A stretch of DNA of 63,767 nucleotides, filler included, from Octopus bimaculoides (taxonomy: Eukaryota): the NCBI RefSeq assembly GCF_001194135.2. It is 8 parts of 8 records of this genome, joined end to end, with 100 filler letters (N's around TTAATTAATTAA, not from the genome) between each part and the next. Parts side by side here need not be neighbours in the genome. Positions count along the whole stretch, not along the records: positions 16,544 to 29,967 come from NC_068989.1; positions 30,068 to 39,911 come from NW_026388035.1; 6 more parts are not named here. The stretch is one strand, 5' to 3'. The translations under genes were made by a program, and so were the position numbers. Of this stretch, positions 26,225 to 39,628 are shown one piece after another; the stretch's first letter is position 1, and every line of letters starts with the position of its first letter. Below the pieces are notes generated by a model. It had not been told where the DNA came from and did not search any database. It saw only the letters and a program-made list of their open reading frames with translations.

Positions 26225-27269
26225 CACACACATAATTTCTGCCAATTGTGAATTCTAATTTGACTTTTAAAAGCCATTTGAAAGAAAAATGAAATTGGCT
26301 CATGATACAAAAGAACTTTTGGAAAAAACTCAGAAAATAGATTCAATATGAAGAAACTGACTATTACTTCATGTTCCATGGATTTTATCTGCAAGGAAAG
26401 GATTTGATCAATAAGAAAATTGCTACTGAGAGGCCTCTTATCTCCAACCATAAAGAGTTCAAAAATAGTAATTATCTTCACTGCTTGTTATCCAATTTCC
26501 AAATCGGTTAAGTATAATTCTTCAACTAGTACCCAGTTTGTTTTCTCCATAAACTTCTACTTCAATTGTTATATGTCTCAGTTCGCATTTTGCAGTTCAT
26601 AAGAACTAAAGATTTTAAAAGGTAGTCAGAATTTGTACTGCAGGCTGGTGGATGAAAATAGCATAGAAACATAGACAAGATTTCAAAGTTACCCAGATTT
26701 TAAAAAAGATATCATTTGTTGGAGTAGACTTCAGGAGCCAGTTGTGACTTTCATATTCACAGCAGCAGCTATGGAAGCCAAGGTGATGATAGAAGCCACA
26801 ACAAGCATAGAAGCCACAGGTGTTAGCCCAGATGCTGACTATGAGTGCAGCTGACGGCAGGTACATGTCTCAGTGGTAGTAGCAACTACTTGAACAAGAT
26901 CTTTGAAGACCAAAGTGGAGAAAAGTTCTACGCCAACAGTGGTCAAGCATGTGTCGGTCAGTTCTAAGAAGCAGGCAAAAGCTTCCACATAAGGTACCAG
27001 ATCCATCGTTGTAATTGAGTATGCAGTCGAACAAGACACTGCACATGACCACAGCGGTCATTGCATTTAAGAGAAATAAGGTTAATATCCCAAAACTTGA
27101 ACTCAGAGATTGTCAGTCCAGCAATGGACACATGGCATGTCTTCACACATCTGTGATCGAAGCCATGCAGATGTAGGCACAAAAATTTGCATTCATTAGT
27201 AAAGACATATATGTACTGTAAGAATGCTATGATACTGTGATATTCATTCTGAGAAAGCATCTTGTACAG

Positions 27270-27480
27270 AAAGAGTAAAGACTCCCTTTGGTCAAGAACA
27301 ACCATGGGATTGCACCAAGAAAGTTCCCCTCTGAGGTACAAGACCAGGCCAGCAATTGCCAGACACCCCTCAGACACCCCAGGCCAGACACCCCTCTCCA
27401 TGCCACTGATGTTACCCAGTGCTGGTACAACTCATTTCTGCAGTTGAGTGAACTGGAGTAATGTAAAATAAAGTGTACAG
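27270..27480 (-). mobile_element. tRNA-derived SINE, 3' part
   Basis: CCATGGGATTGCACCAAGAAAGTT...CCCCTCTCCATGCCACTGATGTT...ACTCATTTCTGCAGTTGAGTGAACTGGAG matches the copy at 43450-43770. Confidence 0.75.
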
Positions 27481-27581
27481 AAATATACAGCAGTATTATG
27501 CTGTTCTTAAAGTACACGTTAAGTAGGATAATACAAGTACAGTTTGCTATTCAATATTAATACAACTTCTGTTGCTGATGA

Positions 27582-27628
<47 letters not shown>

Positions 27629-28778
27629 TTGATTTGTATAGATTTCTAATCTTTTTTCAAGTGTGTGTATATATATATATATTTATATATATATATATAT
27701 ATATAATATATACCATATTTTATCTTTTCCTTGTTTCAGTCATTTGAACGTGGCCATGCTGGGGCACCACCTTGAAGAATGTTTAGTCAAATGAATCAAC
27801 CCCAGTATTTTTATTTTCTTTCTAGAGACTGGTACATATTTTATTGGCCTCTTTTTGCTGAACCAGGGACATAAACAGGGACATAAACAAACCAACACTG
27901 GTTGTCAAGCAGTGTTGGGGGACAAACACATACCCAAAGACACATACACAAACATGCATAGATATATACATACATATATATATATATATATCAAGAGACC
28001 TGTATATATGTCAAAATACAGGTCTCTTGACATGTTCATCAAAATGGGACGTGTAAACCAAACACTAATCAACTGAAGTAATTTAGTAAAACCACACACT
28101 GACTGGTCAGAATACAGCTTGCAAAACTTAACATTCTGGAGCCTGTACAAATATATTTAAGGCAAACATTTTAGCCATCTCACTACAGTTGTAAATTGTA
28201 AAATATAACTGTCACCACTACTATATGAATCTGAAGGCATGTAGTAAGGCTGTCCAGAAAAGACATTGGTTAAAAGTGTTTATATTCTAAATTTACTTTT
28301 TAAATTTCAAAATTAATTAAAAGGGATTTTTCATAAATCAATTTTTTATTAATGGGATGTAGGTAATTTTAACTTGTGTATATCTGATATGCATTTATAA
28401 TTATTGTTGTATTGAATAATTATTGATAGATTTAGATTAGCAGCAGTCAGGGCTATTATCCCCAACTGAAAACCTAGGTTACTTAAGGTGAGCCTGGTAA
28501 CTGATGGTTTTCGGGTCTTGCTGTTTGTAACTTTTGGTGAGCCATGGTGCAACCAACAAGATGGTAAAATTCCCTGCCATTGATTGGATGTGGAGGGGTA
28601 ATATCAAATAATTCAAGTACAACATATATTTAAATTAAACACAAAAAAAATTGAAATATCATCATCACTTACATGGAAAGATTGAAATATTATCTTTCAG
28701 TATTTTATAAATTAAAATCTTAAGTTATTAATTGACACATTATTAATTAACAGCAATGCCTGGAAAAATTATGGATTA

Positions 28779-29261
28779 CATGGGAAAATGTGAGCATGGA
28801 AAGTAATATTCTTAAGATTATAAACTTTGAAAATTACAGGGCAAGTTATTACACCTGTAAAAGCATAGGACAAACTATTCTTCTAGTAAAGTAAAGAATA
28901 AGAAACTTTCTACTTAAAATATTGCAGCTAAAATTAAAATTTGAATATGAAAAATTATTTTATTATAGTTTACAAGTAACACTATACTTATTTAAGTAGA
29001 ATTTGGCTAATTTACTACCTGAAATACAGAAAAAAGTGAGTAATTAAACAAACTTACAAATTAGCTGAACAGTTTTGTACAATAAATTTAAAAGATGAGA
29101 ACTGTAAAGAGAGATAAATTAGAAGAACTGTCATTTCTTGCTGCAATATTTTAAGTAAAAAGTTTCTTATTCTTTATTTTACTAGAAGTAATAGCTTGTC
29201 CTATACTTTTCCAGGTTTATAATCTTAAGAATATTACTTTTCTTGCTCACATTTTTCTATG
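28779..29261. repeat. Long inverted repeat (arms 28779-28928 and 29140-29261), MITE-like
   Basis: The left arm GAAAATGTGAGCATGGAAAGTAATATTCTTAAGATTATAAAC...TTCTAGTAAAGTAAAGAATAAGAAACTTTCTACTTAAAATATTGCAGC matches the RC of the right arm closely. The left arm has about 30 bp extra. Confidence 0.85.
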
Positions 29262-29262
29262 T

Positions 29263-29302
<40 letters not shown>

Positions 29303-29305
<3 letters not shown>

Positions 29306-29436
29306 AGCCGTAGAAACTCTGCTAAATCAGATTGGAGCCTGGTGTAGCCATCTGGTTTCACCAGTCCTCAGTCAAATCGTCCAACCCATGCTAGCATGGA
29401 AAGCTGACGTTAAACGACGATGATGATGATGATGAT
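29303..29436 (+). mobile_element. Short RTE-type retroelement 3' tail with (GAT)n end, inserted in (TA)n
   Basis: CCAGCCGTAGAAAC...CGTCCAACCCATGCTAGCATGGAAAGCTGACGTTAAACGACGATGATGATG. An older related tail lies at about 18630-18740. The RTE assignment rests on the tail pattern only. Confidence 0.6.
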
Positions 29437-29574
29437 ATATATATACTTATATATGTATATATATATATATTTATATATGTGTATATATACTTATATACGT
29501 ATATATATACTTATATATGCTTATATATATATATATCTATACTATATATAAAACAGAGGTGTGTGTGTAATCGC

Positions 29575-29790
29575 TTTTCACGTGAAAACGGCTTCACTAT
29601 TTACTTCCATACTTGTGATACATGAATAATTTCACCTCGGATAAATCTTAGGCTCTTCATTTGATTTTTTTTTATCTCTAATTAAAAATAAATAATATTG
29701 CTTTATATTTAAGATTCACTTCTTTATAAAGGTTTCTCAATGTCAACTTCCGGTACGGACGTGAAAAAATGGCGACGTCTCTCACTCTCT
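29575..29790. promoter_or_regulatory. CpG-containing, TATA-less promoter candidate (ETS + YY1 + E-box)
   Basis: ACTTCCGG at 29746-29753 (ETS), AAAATGGCG at 29766-29774 (YY1) and the perfect palindrome TTTTCACGTGAAAA at 29575-29588. Local CpGs are intact next to a CpG-depleted domain. Confidence 0.55.
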
Positions 29791-30139
29791 ACTTTTAATA
29801 TTCGCTTTCTGTAAACAACTACGATGAATTACTGAAACACATATTTACGAAGTTCATAAATTTAAATATTCCGTACAAGATAGTTTTTAACGTGCTTTTA
29901 TTTATACGATTTTTGGGCGTTCCATGTTCATCTCATTCATTCTTTGCAATGTTCTCTCTCTCTCTCTNNNNNNNNNNNNNNNNNNNNNNNNNNNNNNNNN
30001 NNNNNNNNNNNTTAATTAATTAANNNNNNNNNNNNNNNNNNNNNNNNNNNNNNNNNNNNNNNNNNNNCGCGCGCGCGTGACTGTGTGTGTGTGCGTGTGT
30101 GTATGAGTATATATAAATGAATATGTCCATATTGACAGA

Positions 30140-30754
<615 letters not shown>

Positions 30755-33323
30755 GCAGAATCGTAAGTATGCCGGAGAAATTGTTCAGTGGCGTTTTGTC
30801 CGTCGTACATAGTACAAATTTTGCCGAGGTTGCCTTTGCCATTCATCCTTTCGGGTTCGATAAATTAAATTAGTCATGTATTGGGGGTCGTGGTAATCGA
30901 CTATTCCCATTTCAGGTCTTGTGCCAATGGCATTCCAAGCGAAATGCGTTGCAGTCTGGTGTAGGTTTTTACAGTCCGAGTTCAAATTCCACTGAGATTG
31001 TCCTTAGCTTTTTCCTTTCGAGGTCAATGAAATAAAATGTACCAGTGGTACACTGGAGACGATGTAACTAACTAGCTCACTCCCACAAAATTTCAGGACT
31101 TGCACCTATAGTTGAAGGGATTATTATTGTTGTTGTTGTTGTTGTTATTGTAAATATATAACCGACAGAAGTTTAGAATCGAAACTGCCCAACACTGGAG
31201 TTTCGGTATTTGTATATATAAATATGATTATAGATAAATGTATTAACTGATATGTGTGTGTGTGTGTGTGTATGTGTGTGTGTGTGTGTGTGCGTGTGTG
31301 TGCGCGTGCGTGTATATATATATATATTCATTTACTTGCTTCAGTCATTTGATTGTGGCTATACTTGAGAACCACATTAAGGAGTTTTAGTCGAACAATT
31401 CGAACCCAGGACTCATTCTTTGTAAGCCTAGTTCTTATTCTACCGGTCTTTTCTGCATAATCGCTAATTTACGGGGACGAGGACGTAAACACACCAACAT
31501 CGGCTGTCATGCGATTGTGACGGGAAGTAGGGACAAACTCAGACACAAACACACAAGCATANNNNNNNNNNNNNNNNNNNNNNNNNNNNNNNNNNNNNNN
31601 NNNNNNNNNNNNNNNNNNNNNNNNNNNNNNNNNNNNNNNNNNNNNNNNNNNNNNNNNNNNNNNNNNNNNNNNNNNNNNNNNNNNNNNNNNNNNNNNNNNN
31701 NNNNNNNNNNNNNNNNNNNNNNNNNNNNNNNNNNNNNNNNNNNNNNNNNNNNNNNNNNNNNNNNNNNNNNNNNNNNNNNNNNNNNNNNNNNNNNNNNNNN
31801 NNNNNNNNNNNNNNNNNNNNNNNNNNNNNNNNNNNNNNNNNNNNNNNNNNNNNNNNNNNNNNNNNNNNNNNNNNNNNNNNNNNNNNNNNNNNNNNNNNNN
31901 NNNNNNNNNNNNNNNNNNNNNNNNNNNNNNNNNNNNNNNNNNNNNNNNNNNNNNNNNNNNNNNNNNNNNNNNNNNNNNNNNNNNNNNNNNNNNNNNNNNN
32001 NNNNNNNNNNNNNNNNNNNNNNNNNNNNNNNNNNNNNNNNNNNNNNNNNNNNNNNNNNNNNNNNNNNNNNNNNNNNNNNNNNNNNNNNNNNNNNNNNNNN
32101 NNNNNNNNNNNNNNNNNNNNNNNNNNNNNNNNNNNNNNNNNNNNNNNNNNNNNNNNNNNNNNNNNNNNNNNNNNNNNNNNNNNNNNNNNNNNNNNNNNNN
32201 NNNNNNNNNNNNNNNNNNNNNNNNNNNNNNNNNNNNNNNNNNNNNNNNNNNNNNNNNNNNNNNNNNNNNNNNNNNNNNNNNNNNNNNNNNNNNNNNNNNN
32301 NNNNNNNNNNNNNNNNNNNNNNNNNNNNNNNNNNNTATATATATATATATATGCGACAAGCTTCTTTCAGTTTCCGTCTACCAAATCCCTTGACACGGCT
32401 TTGGTTGTCCCAAGGTTGTAGTAAAAGACACTTGCCCAAGTTGCCACGCAGTTCGACTGAATCCGGAACCATGTGGTTGAGGGGTATGTTTCTTACCACG
32501 CACCTACACCTGCGTCTATATGTATAAACCTAAACATATGCATATAGACACATATGCACGTGCTGATAACCTCACAGCACGCACTTATGTATATAGACGG
32601 ACATTCACCCACAGATAGTAAAAGTCATCTTTCCTGACTCCTCTGTGAGTTTACTTCAGTCCCATTGACTAGGTTATACACAAATATATGATTTATGCCT
32701 AATGTGACAAAGTTTCGATATTATTTTACAAACCTAAGAAGTTCGGCAGTCTAGTTAGAGATCCTTGGGATTTCCTTATACAAAAACGTTATATATGTAT
32801 ATATGTGTGGATATATATATGTATATATGTAGGTATATATGTATATATATATGTACGTATATATATGTGTNNNNNNNNNNNNNNNNNNNNNNNNNNNNNN
32901 NNNNNNNNNNNNNNNNNNNNNNNNNNNNNNNNNNNNNNNNNNNNNNNNNNNNNNNNNNNNNNNNNNNNNNNNNNNNNNNNNNNNNNNNNNNNNNNNNNNN
33001 NNNNNNNNNNNNNNNNNNNNNNNNNNNNNNNNNNNATATATATATATATATATAATCATATATACTTGTATATATGCAAATACATATATACATATGCATA
33101 TAAACAGCAGAGCACACGTATTGGTATTGTAGTCAGCCGCTCATCGTCAGGTTCACCTGATGATATTCCGAATTTGAAACGATTGATTTGCCACGTCTGC
33201 AAACAGCTAAGCAAGGAAATTTATGCCTTCAATTGGGTAGGAACGCTTTTGACCTCGACTGAACAAATTGCAATTAAGATTGTTAAGAGATACGTATTCA
33301 GAGATACGTATTCAGACCCCCCC

Positions 33324-33358
<35 letters not shown>

Positions 33359-35271
33359 TATATGCATATATGTAACCAATAGATATATGCTTTACACACA
33401 CCCACACACACACATATTCATTAAGTTGATAGATATACATTCTCATGCATATCTATTAATTACGTGTGTTTATAATAGCATATCTTTATTAAATTAAAGA
33501 GGAATAATATGCAAATTTTATTTTGAAACGAATGCACAAACTTTGAAATATTCGGAAGTGAAAAATAACACCTATGCATGAGAACAACGCGATCGAATGA
33601 ATATACTTCAGCGGATGTATCTTTCTTGATCCTTCCCGCAATAAACACTGAAAATTTTCGCAAATCTGTGGAAAATATATCTTTATATTGCATCTATTCA
33701 CATATACAAATACACACGTTCACATGTCTATAAATATACCAGAAAATGTCAAGATGGAATACACAAAACAAGACAAGAGCGAAAAGGAGACACGAAGAGC
33801 GAAAAGTCTCTGACGCGGTCACAGAATATGACGAAAGAACTCTAACAAATAAACTAGTAATAATGTTAATGATAATGTTAATACAGCGAACTGGCATTTT
33901 GTGTCTTTATGTTCTGAGTTCAAATTCCGCCGAGGTCAACTTTGTCTTTCATCCTTTTGGGGTCGATAAAATAAGTACCAGTTGAACACTGGGGTCGGTC
34001 TAATCGACTTACGCATCCCAGTCCTGGAATTGGTGGACCTGTACCAAAATCTTAAATCAATGATGCTAATAAAGCTGTAATGAAGTCCGGATAAGTAGTG
34101 GTTATGTTTATTGGGGAAAATGAACGTCCAGAAAAACAACAATACATATGTGTGTGTTTTTGTTGGTGTATATATAGATCTGCCAGCCTGTGTGCCTGCC
34201 TGGCCCAACACGTTGGGTCAAATGTCATTTTACATAACTTCGCTTCAAAAAATGTCTTTTGAGTAAAAATTGTTGAACGGAAGCTATGCGCAACCCGGTT
34301 AGACAGAAAGTGAGTGTAAATTAAAGGCTCAAACTTATGAAACGGTGTTACGCTGATGCAGTCTGACACGTGTTTCCAAAATACTCAGCCAGTTTCAAGA
34401 AAATTCAGATAGATAGATAGATAGATATAGATATTGCAAATTTTAGAGGTAAGATAGATAGTGCACATTTATTTTTGTGAGCTCGAGCACTAAGGATATA
34501 TTTATATCCCTGTCCATATGTATGTTCGTGTGACTCTGTGAGAGAATCGTGTGTAGATGTGTGTGTCAGNNNNNNNNNNNNNNNNNNNNNNNNNNNNNNN
34601 NNNNNNNNNNNNNNNNNNNNNNNNNNNNNNNNNNNNNNNNNNNNNNNNNNNNNNNNNNNNNNNNNNNNNNNNNNNNNNNNNNNNNNNNNNNNNNNNNNNN
34701 NNNNNNNNNNNNNNNNNNNNNNNNNNNNNNNNNNNNNNNNNNNNNNNNNNNNNNNNNNNNNNNNNNNNNNNNNNNNNNNNNNNNNNNNNNNNNNNNNNNN
34801 NNNNNNNNNNNNNNNNNNNNNNNNNNNNNNNNNNNNNNNNNNNNNNNNNNNNNNNNNNNNNNNNNNNNNNNNNNNNNNNNNNNNNNNNNNNNNNNNNNNN
34901 NNNNNNNNNNNNNNNNNNNNNNNNNNNNNNNNNNNNNNNNNNNNNNNNNNNNNNNNNNNNNNNNNNNNNNNNNNNNNNNNNNNNNNNNNNNNNNNNNNNN
35001 NNNNNNNNNNNNNNNNNNNNNNNNNNNNNNNNNNNNNNNNNNNNNNNNNNNNNNNNNNNNNNNNNNNNNNNNNNNNNNNNNNNNNNNNNNNNNNNNNNNN
35101 NNNNNNNNNNNNNNNNNNNNNNNNNNNNNNNNNNNNNNNNNNNNNNNNNNNNNNNNNNNNNNNNNNNNNNNNNNNNNNNNNNNNNNNNNNNNNNNNNNNN
35201 NNNNNNNNNNNNNNNNNNNNNNNNNNNNNNNNNNNNNNNNNNNNNNNNNNNNNNNNNNNNNNNNNNNNNNN

Positions 35272-35302
<31 letters not shown>

Positions 35303-36133
35303 TGTATGTATGGATGTATATACATGTATATATTTTGGGATGTATGCTTGTCTATGTGTGTGTGCGTGTGTTTGTTTATACATGTTTGTGCACACATCAA
35401 TTTTTTTTTGTTATGGAATAATATTCCGATAATACAAAGAATTTGGACAGTTAAAATGCAATATATAAACGTCAATCAAATTGTCTTCATTTATATTGTG
35501 ATCATATATATTTTACACAAAAACCTGCCAAAGATATTTCAAAATGAATATCTATGTATCTGTATGTGCGTGTGTTTGTGTGTGTTTGTGTGTGTACACA
35601 TATACATCGGCTATTATATGCATATGGGTGAGAATGAATAAGATTGCAACAATACACAATAGGAAGGTTCCGTCCTATTAAAATTCTCTATTAAATTCAA
35701 TAAACAATTTTTGTCTATTTTCGTATACTCAATAATATGAAACGTAAAACTCGGAGTATTTTGATGCAATCTTCATCAGTCTCTCACTTCCCACCACTCT
35801 TTCTCCTACTCTGTCTCACTTTCCTTCAAGCTCCCTTTTTCAATTCCTTTTTTGGTTCCCCTCCACACTTGTAAAATATACTTACATACATAAATACATA
35901 CATACATAGAAGCATGCATGCATACATACATACATACATAACATCAACAACACTCACACACATGTATACTGCGTAAACTTTTTCGACAGATTCTTTTTAC
36001 AAGTATTGAAATGTGTGTTTACCCAGCTATATTTATTATTTATTATATTTATGGACATATATAATATATACATGCTCATAAAAAATAGCATTGATATATA
36101 TACAACCGTGAATTATAAATAAATAATAGATTC

Positions 36134-36176
<43 letters not shown>

Positions 36177-36675
36177 NNNNNNNNNNNNNNNNNNNNNNNN
36201 NNNNNNNNNNNNNNNNNNNNNNNNNNNNNNNNNNNNNNNNNNNNNNNNNNNNNNNNNNNNNNNNNNNNNNNNNNNNNNNNNNNNNNNNNNNNNNNNNNNN
36301 NNNNNNNNNNNNNNNNNNNNNNNNNNNNNNNNNNNNNNNNNNNNNNNNNNNNNNNNNNNNNNNNNNNNNNNNNNNNNNNNNNNNNNNNNNNNNNNNNNNN
36401 NNNNNNNNNNNNNNNNNNNNNNNNNNNNNNNNNNNNNNNNNNNNNNNNNNNNNNNNNNNNNNNNNNNNNNNNNNNNNNNNNNNNNNNNNNNNNNNNNNNN
36501 NNNNNNNNNNNNNNNNNNNNNNNNNNNNNNNNNNNNNNNNNNNNNNNNNNNNNNNNNNNNNNNNNNNNNNNNNNNNNNNNNNNNNNNNNNNNNNNNNNNN
36601 NNNNNNNNNNNNNNNNNNNNNNNNNNNNNNNNNNNNNNNNNNNNNNNNNNNNNNNNNNNNNNNNNNNNNNNNNNN

Positions 36676-36730
<55 letters not shown>

Positions 36731-38033
36731 ATATAGATGTATATATATATATATTTAGCTCCAGGCAATTTATATACATACTTATTATTATGAAATATTA
36801 TATGTTGTGATATAATATATTATGATCACACAGAATATAGCTAAAACTAATACCCTTATACCTCGACTAAAACATAAGCACAATATTTTAGCGAAGGTCT
36901 TTCAATATATTCATATATGAGTGAACATTCTCGACAATTCCTGATCATAAACCCTAGTAAGTTGTGTTTATGCTGTTAGCAAGTGAAGACAATGATGTGG
37001 ATTCAGGACAGCAATGCATTTTCTGGTAATTTCCGTATTTTTTTGTAAGGATTGTAATGTATATATATGTAGATATGGACACCAGCTAATATACACATAT
37101 GTATGCGTATGTATGTGTGAGTTTCACTTAGAATGAATATATTAAAATAGTGTATGTATATATATGCATGAATTTATATATATATATATANNNNNNNNNN
37201 NNNNNNNNNNNNNNNNNNNNNNNNNNNNNNNNNNNNNNNNNNNNNNNNNNNNNNNNNNNNNNNNNNNNNNNNNNNNNNNNNNNNNNNNNNNNNNNNNNNN
37301 NNNNNNNNNNNNNNNNNNNNNNNNNNNNNNNNNNNNNNNNNNNNNNNNNNNNNNNNNNNNNNNNNNNNNNNNNNNNNNNNNNNNNNNNNNNNNNNNNNNN
37401 NNNNNNNNNNNNNNNNNNNNNNNNNNNNNNNNNNNNNNNNNNNNNNNNNNNNNNNNNNNNNNNNNNNNNNNNNNNNNNNNNNNNNNNNNNNNNNNNNNNN
37501 NNNNNNNNNNNNNNNNNNNNNNNNNNNNNNNNNNNNNNNNNNNNNNNNNNNTGTGTGTGTGAGTGTGTGTGTCTGTATGTGTTTGTAGTTATATACATAT
37601 ATAATACACTTACATATACATGTAAGTGTATTATATGTGTATATGTATTATGTATGTATATGTATGCATATATGTGCATGTATGTATGTATATATATTAA
37701 TATTCATACAGATGTGTACATCTATACATACATTAAAACGTGTAGGTATCTTCCATGTGCACGCGTATGCGCGCTGTGTGTGATGGTGTATGTATGTCGA
37801 AAACTACCGTTCTCGCATTTGCTTTATTGCAGTTTGTCTATATAAAATCTGAAGAATTGATATCGAATATATTTTGGGAATTTTGGAAATACATGCCGCA
37901 CTCCAATGATTGATAGTGTGTATGTATGCATGTATGTATGTATATATGGATGATTGTATGAATGTATGAATATATATATATGCATGTATGTATGAATGCA
38001 TGTATATATGTACATATGCACACACACACACAC

Positions 38034-38070
<37 letters not shown>

Positions 38071-38893
38071 NNNNNNNNNNNNNNNNNNNNNNNNNNNNNN
38101 NNNNNNNNNNNNNNNNNNNNNNNNNNNNNNNNNNNNNNNNNNNNNNNNNNNNNNNNNNNNNNNNNNNNNNNNNNNNNNNNNNNNNNNNNNNNNNNNNNNN
38201 NNNNNNNNNNNNNNNNNNNNNNNNNNNNNNNNNNNNNNNNNNNNNNNNNNNNNNNNNNNNNNNNNNNNNNNNNNNNNNNNNNNNNNNNNNNNNNNNNNNN
38301 NNNNNNNNNNNNNNNNNNNNNNNNNNNNNNNNNNNNNNNNNNNNNNNNNNNNNNNNNNNNNNNNNNNNNNNNNNNNNNNNNNNNNNNNNNNNNNNNNNNN
38401 NNNNNNNNNNNNNNNNNNNNNNNNNNNNNNNNNNNNNNNNNNNNNNNNNNNNNNNNNNNNNNNNNNNNNNNNNNNNNNNNNNNNNNNNNNNNNNNNNNNN
38501 NNNNNNNNNNNNNNNNNNNNNNNNNNNNNNNNNNNNNNNNNNNNNNNNNNNNNNNNNNNNNNNNNNNNNNNNNNNNNNNNNNNNNNNNNNNNNNNNNNNN
38601 NNNNNNNNNNNNNNNNNNNNNNNNNNNNNNNNNNNNNNNNNNNNNNNNNNNNNNNNNNNNNNNNNNNNNNNNNNNNNNNNNNNNNNNNNNNNNNNNNNNN
38701 NNNNNNNNNNNNNNNNNNNNNNNNNNNNNNNNNNNNNNNNNNNNNNNNNNNNNNNNNNNNNNNNNNNNNNNNNNNNNNNNNNNNNNNNNNNNNNNNNNNN
38801 NNNNNNNNNNNNNNNNNNNNNNNNNNNNNNNNNNNNNNNNNNNNNNNNNNNNNNNNNNNNNNNNNNNNNNNNNNNNNNNNNNNNNNNNNNNNN

Positions 38894-38950
<57 letters not shown>

Positions 38951-39589
38951 TTATGTGCATGTGTGTATATTCATATCCATACACACTCACTTCATATAGC
39001 GTCGATATATATGTATACCCAATTATGGATGTTCACGTATTCTTAGCCGTGTATCTGAAATGAAAGTGAAAATACAACTGTTATCTACACATTGCCTCTC
39101 CACTATGTAATCTGAACAGGCCCGGCTATATTTCACATTACCACGTAACAAATCGCCGAAGAAAATTACCCCAACCTTGTAACGGTACATCGACAAAATC
39201 CTCCCAAAAATGCCAGTGTCCATCCATTCCTGTATTGGCCTTCGGCCAATAACATCTTGCTTGGGTGGAGTATATCAGAGAAAATCATGGCCTTATAGGA
39301 CATAATACGTATATAACTCGGGGATTTCTTCTGGATACACTGTGAAACTCCAGATCTGACCTGGGCGAATTCATGCCACAAAACTTCTTCGGATTTCTTA
39401 TTATATTTAAATCTAAGTTATATAAGAGAGTATGTTTTTCGTAGAGGGTACGGAAATAAAAAGAATTTATTTTGCTTGCTTAAAAAAATAATTAGAAACG
39501 CCAAATTATAACTTCGAACTAACGGAGAGAAAGTACCTGTCTTATATATGTAAAAAACAAAAAAAAACAAAAAAACAGTATAGTATATT

Positions 39590-39628
<39 letters not shown>

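Noticed and set aside
33167-33225. Hammerhead ribozyme CTGATGA...GAAACG...CGTC
   Set aside because: The core words are present, but stem II and stem I cannot pair.
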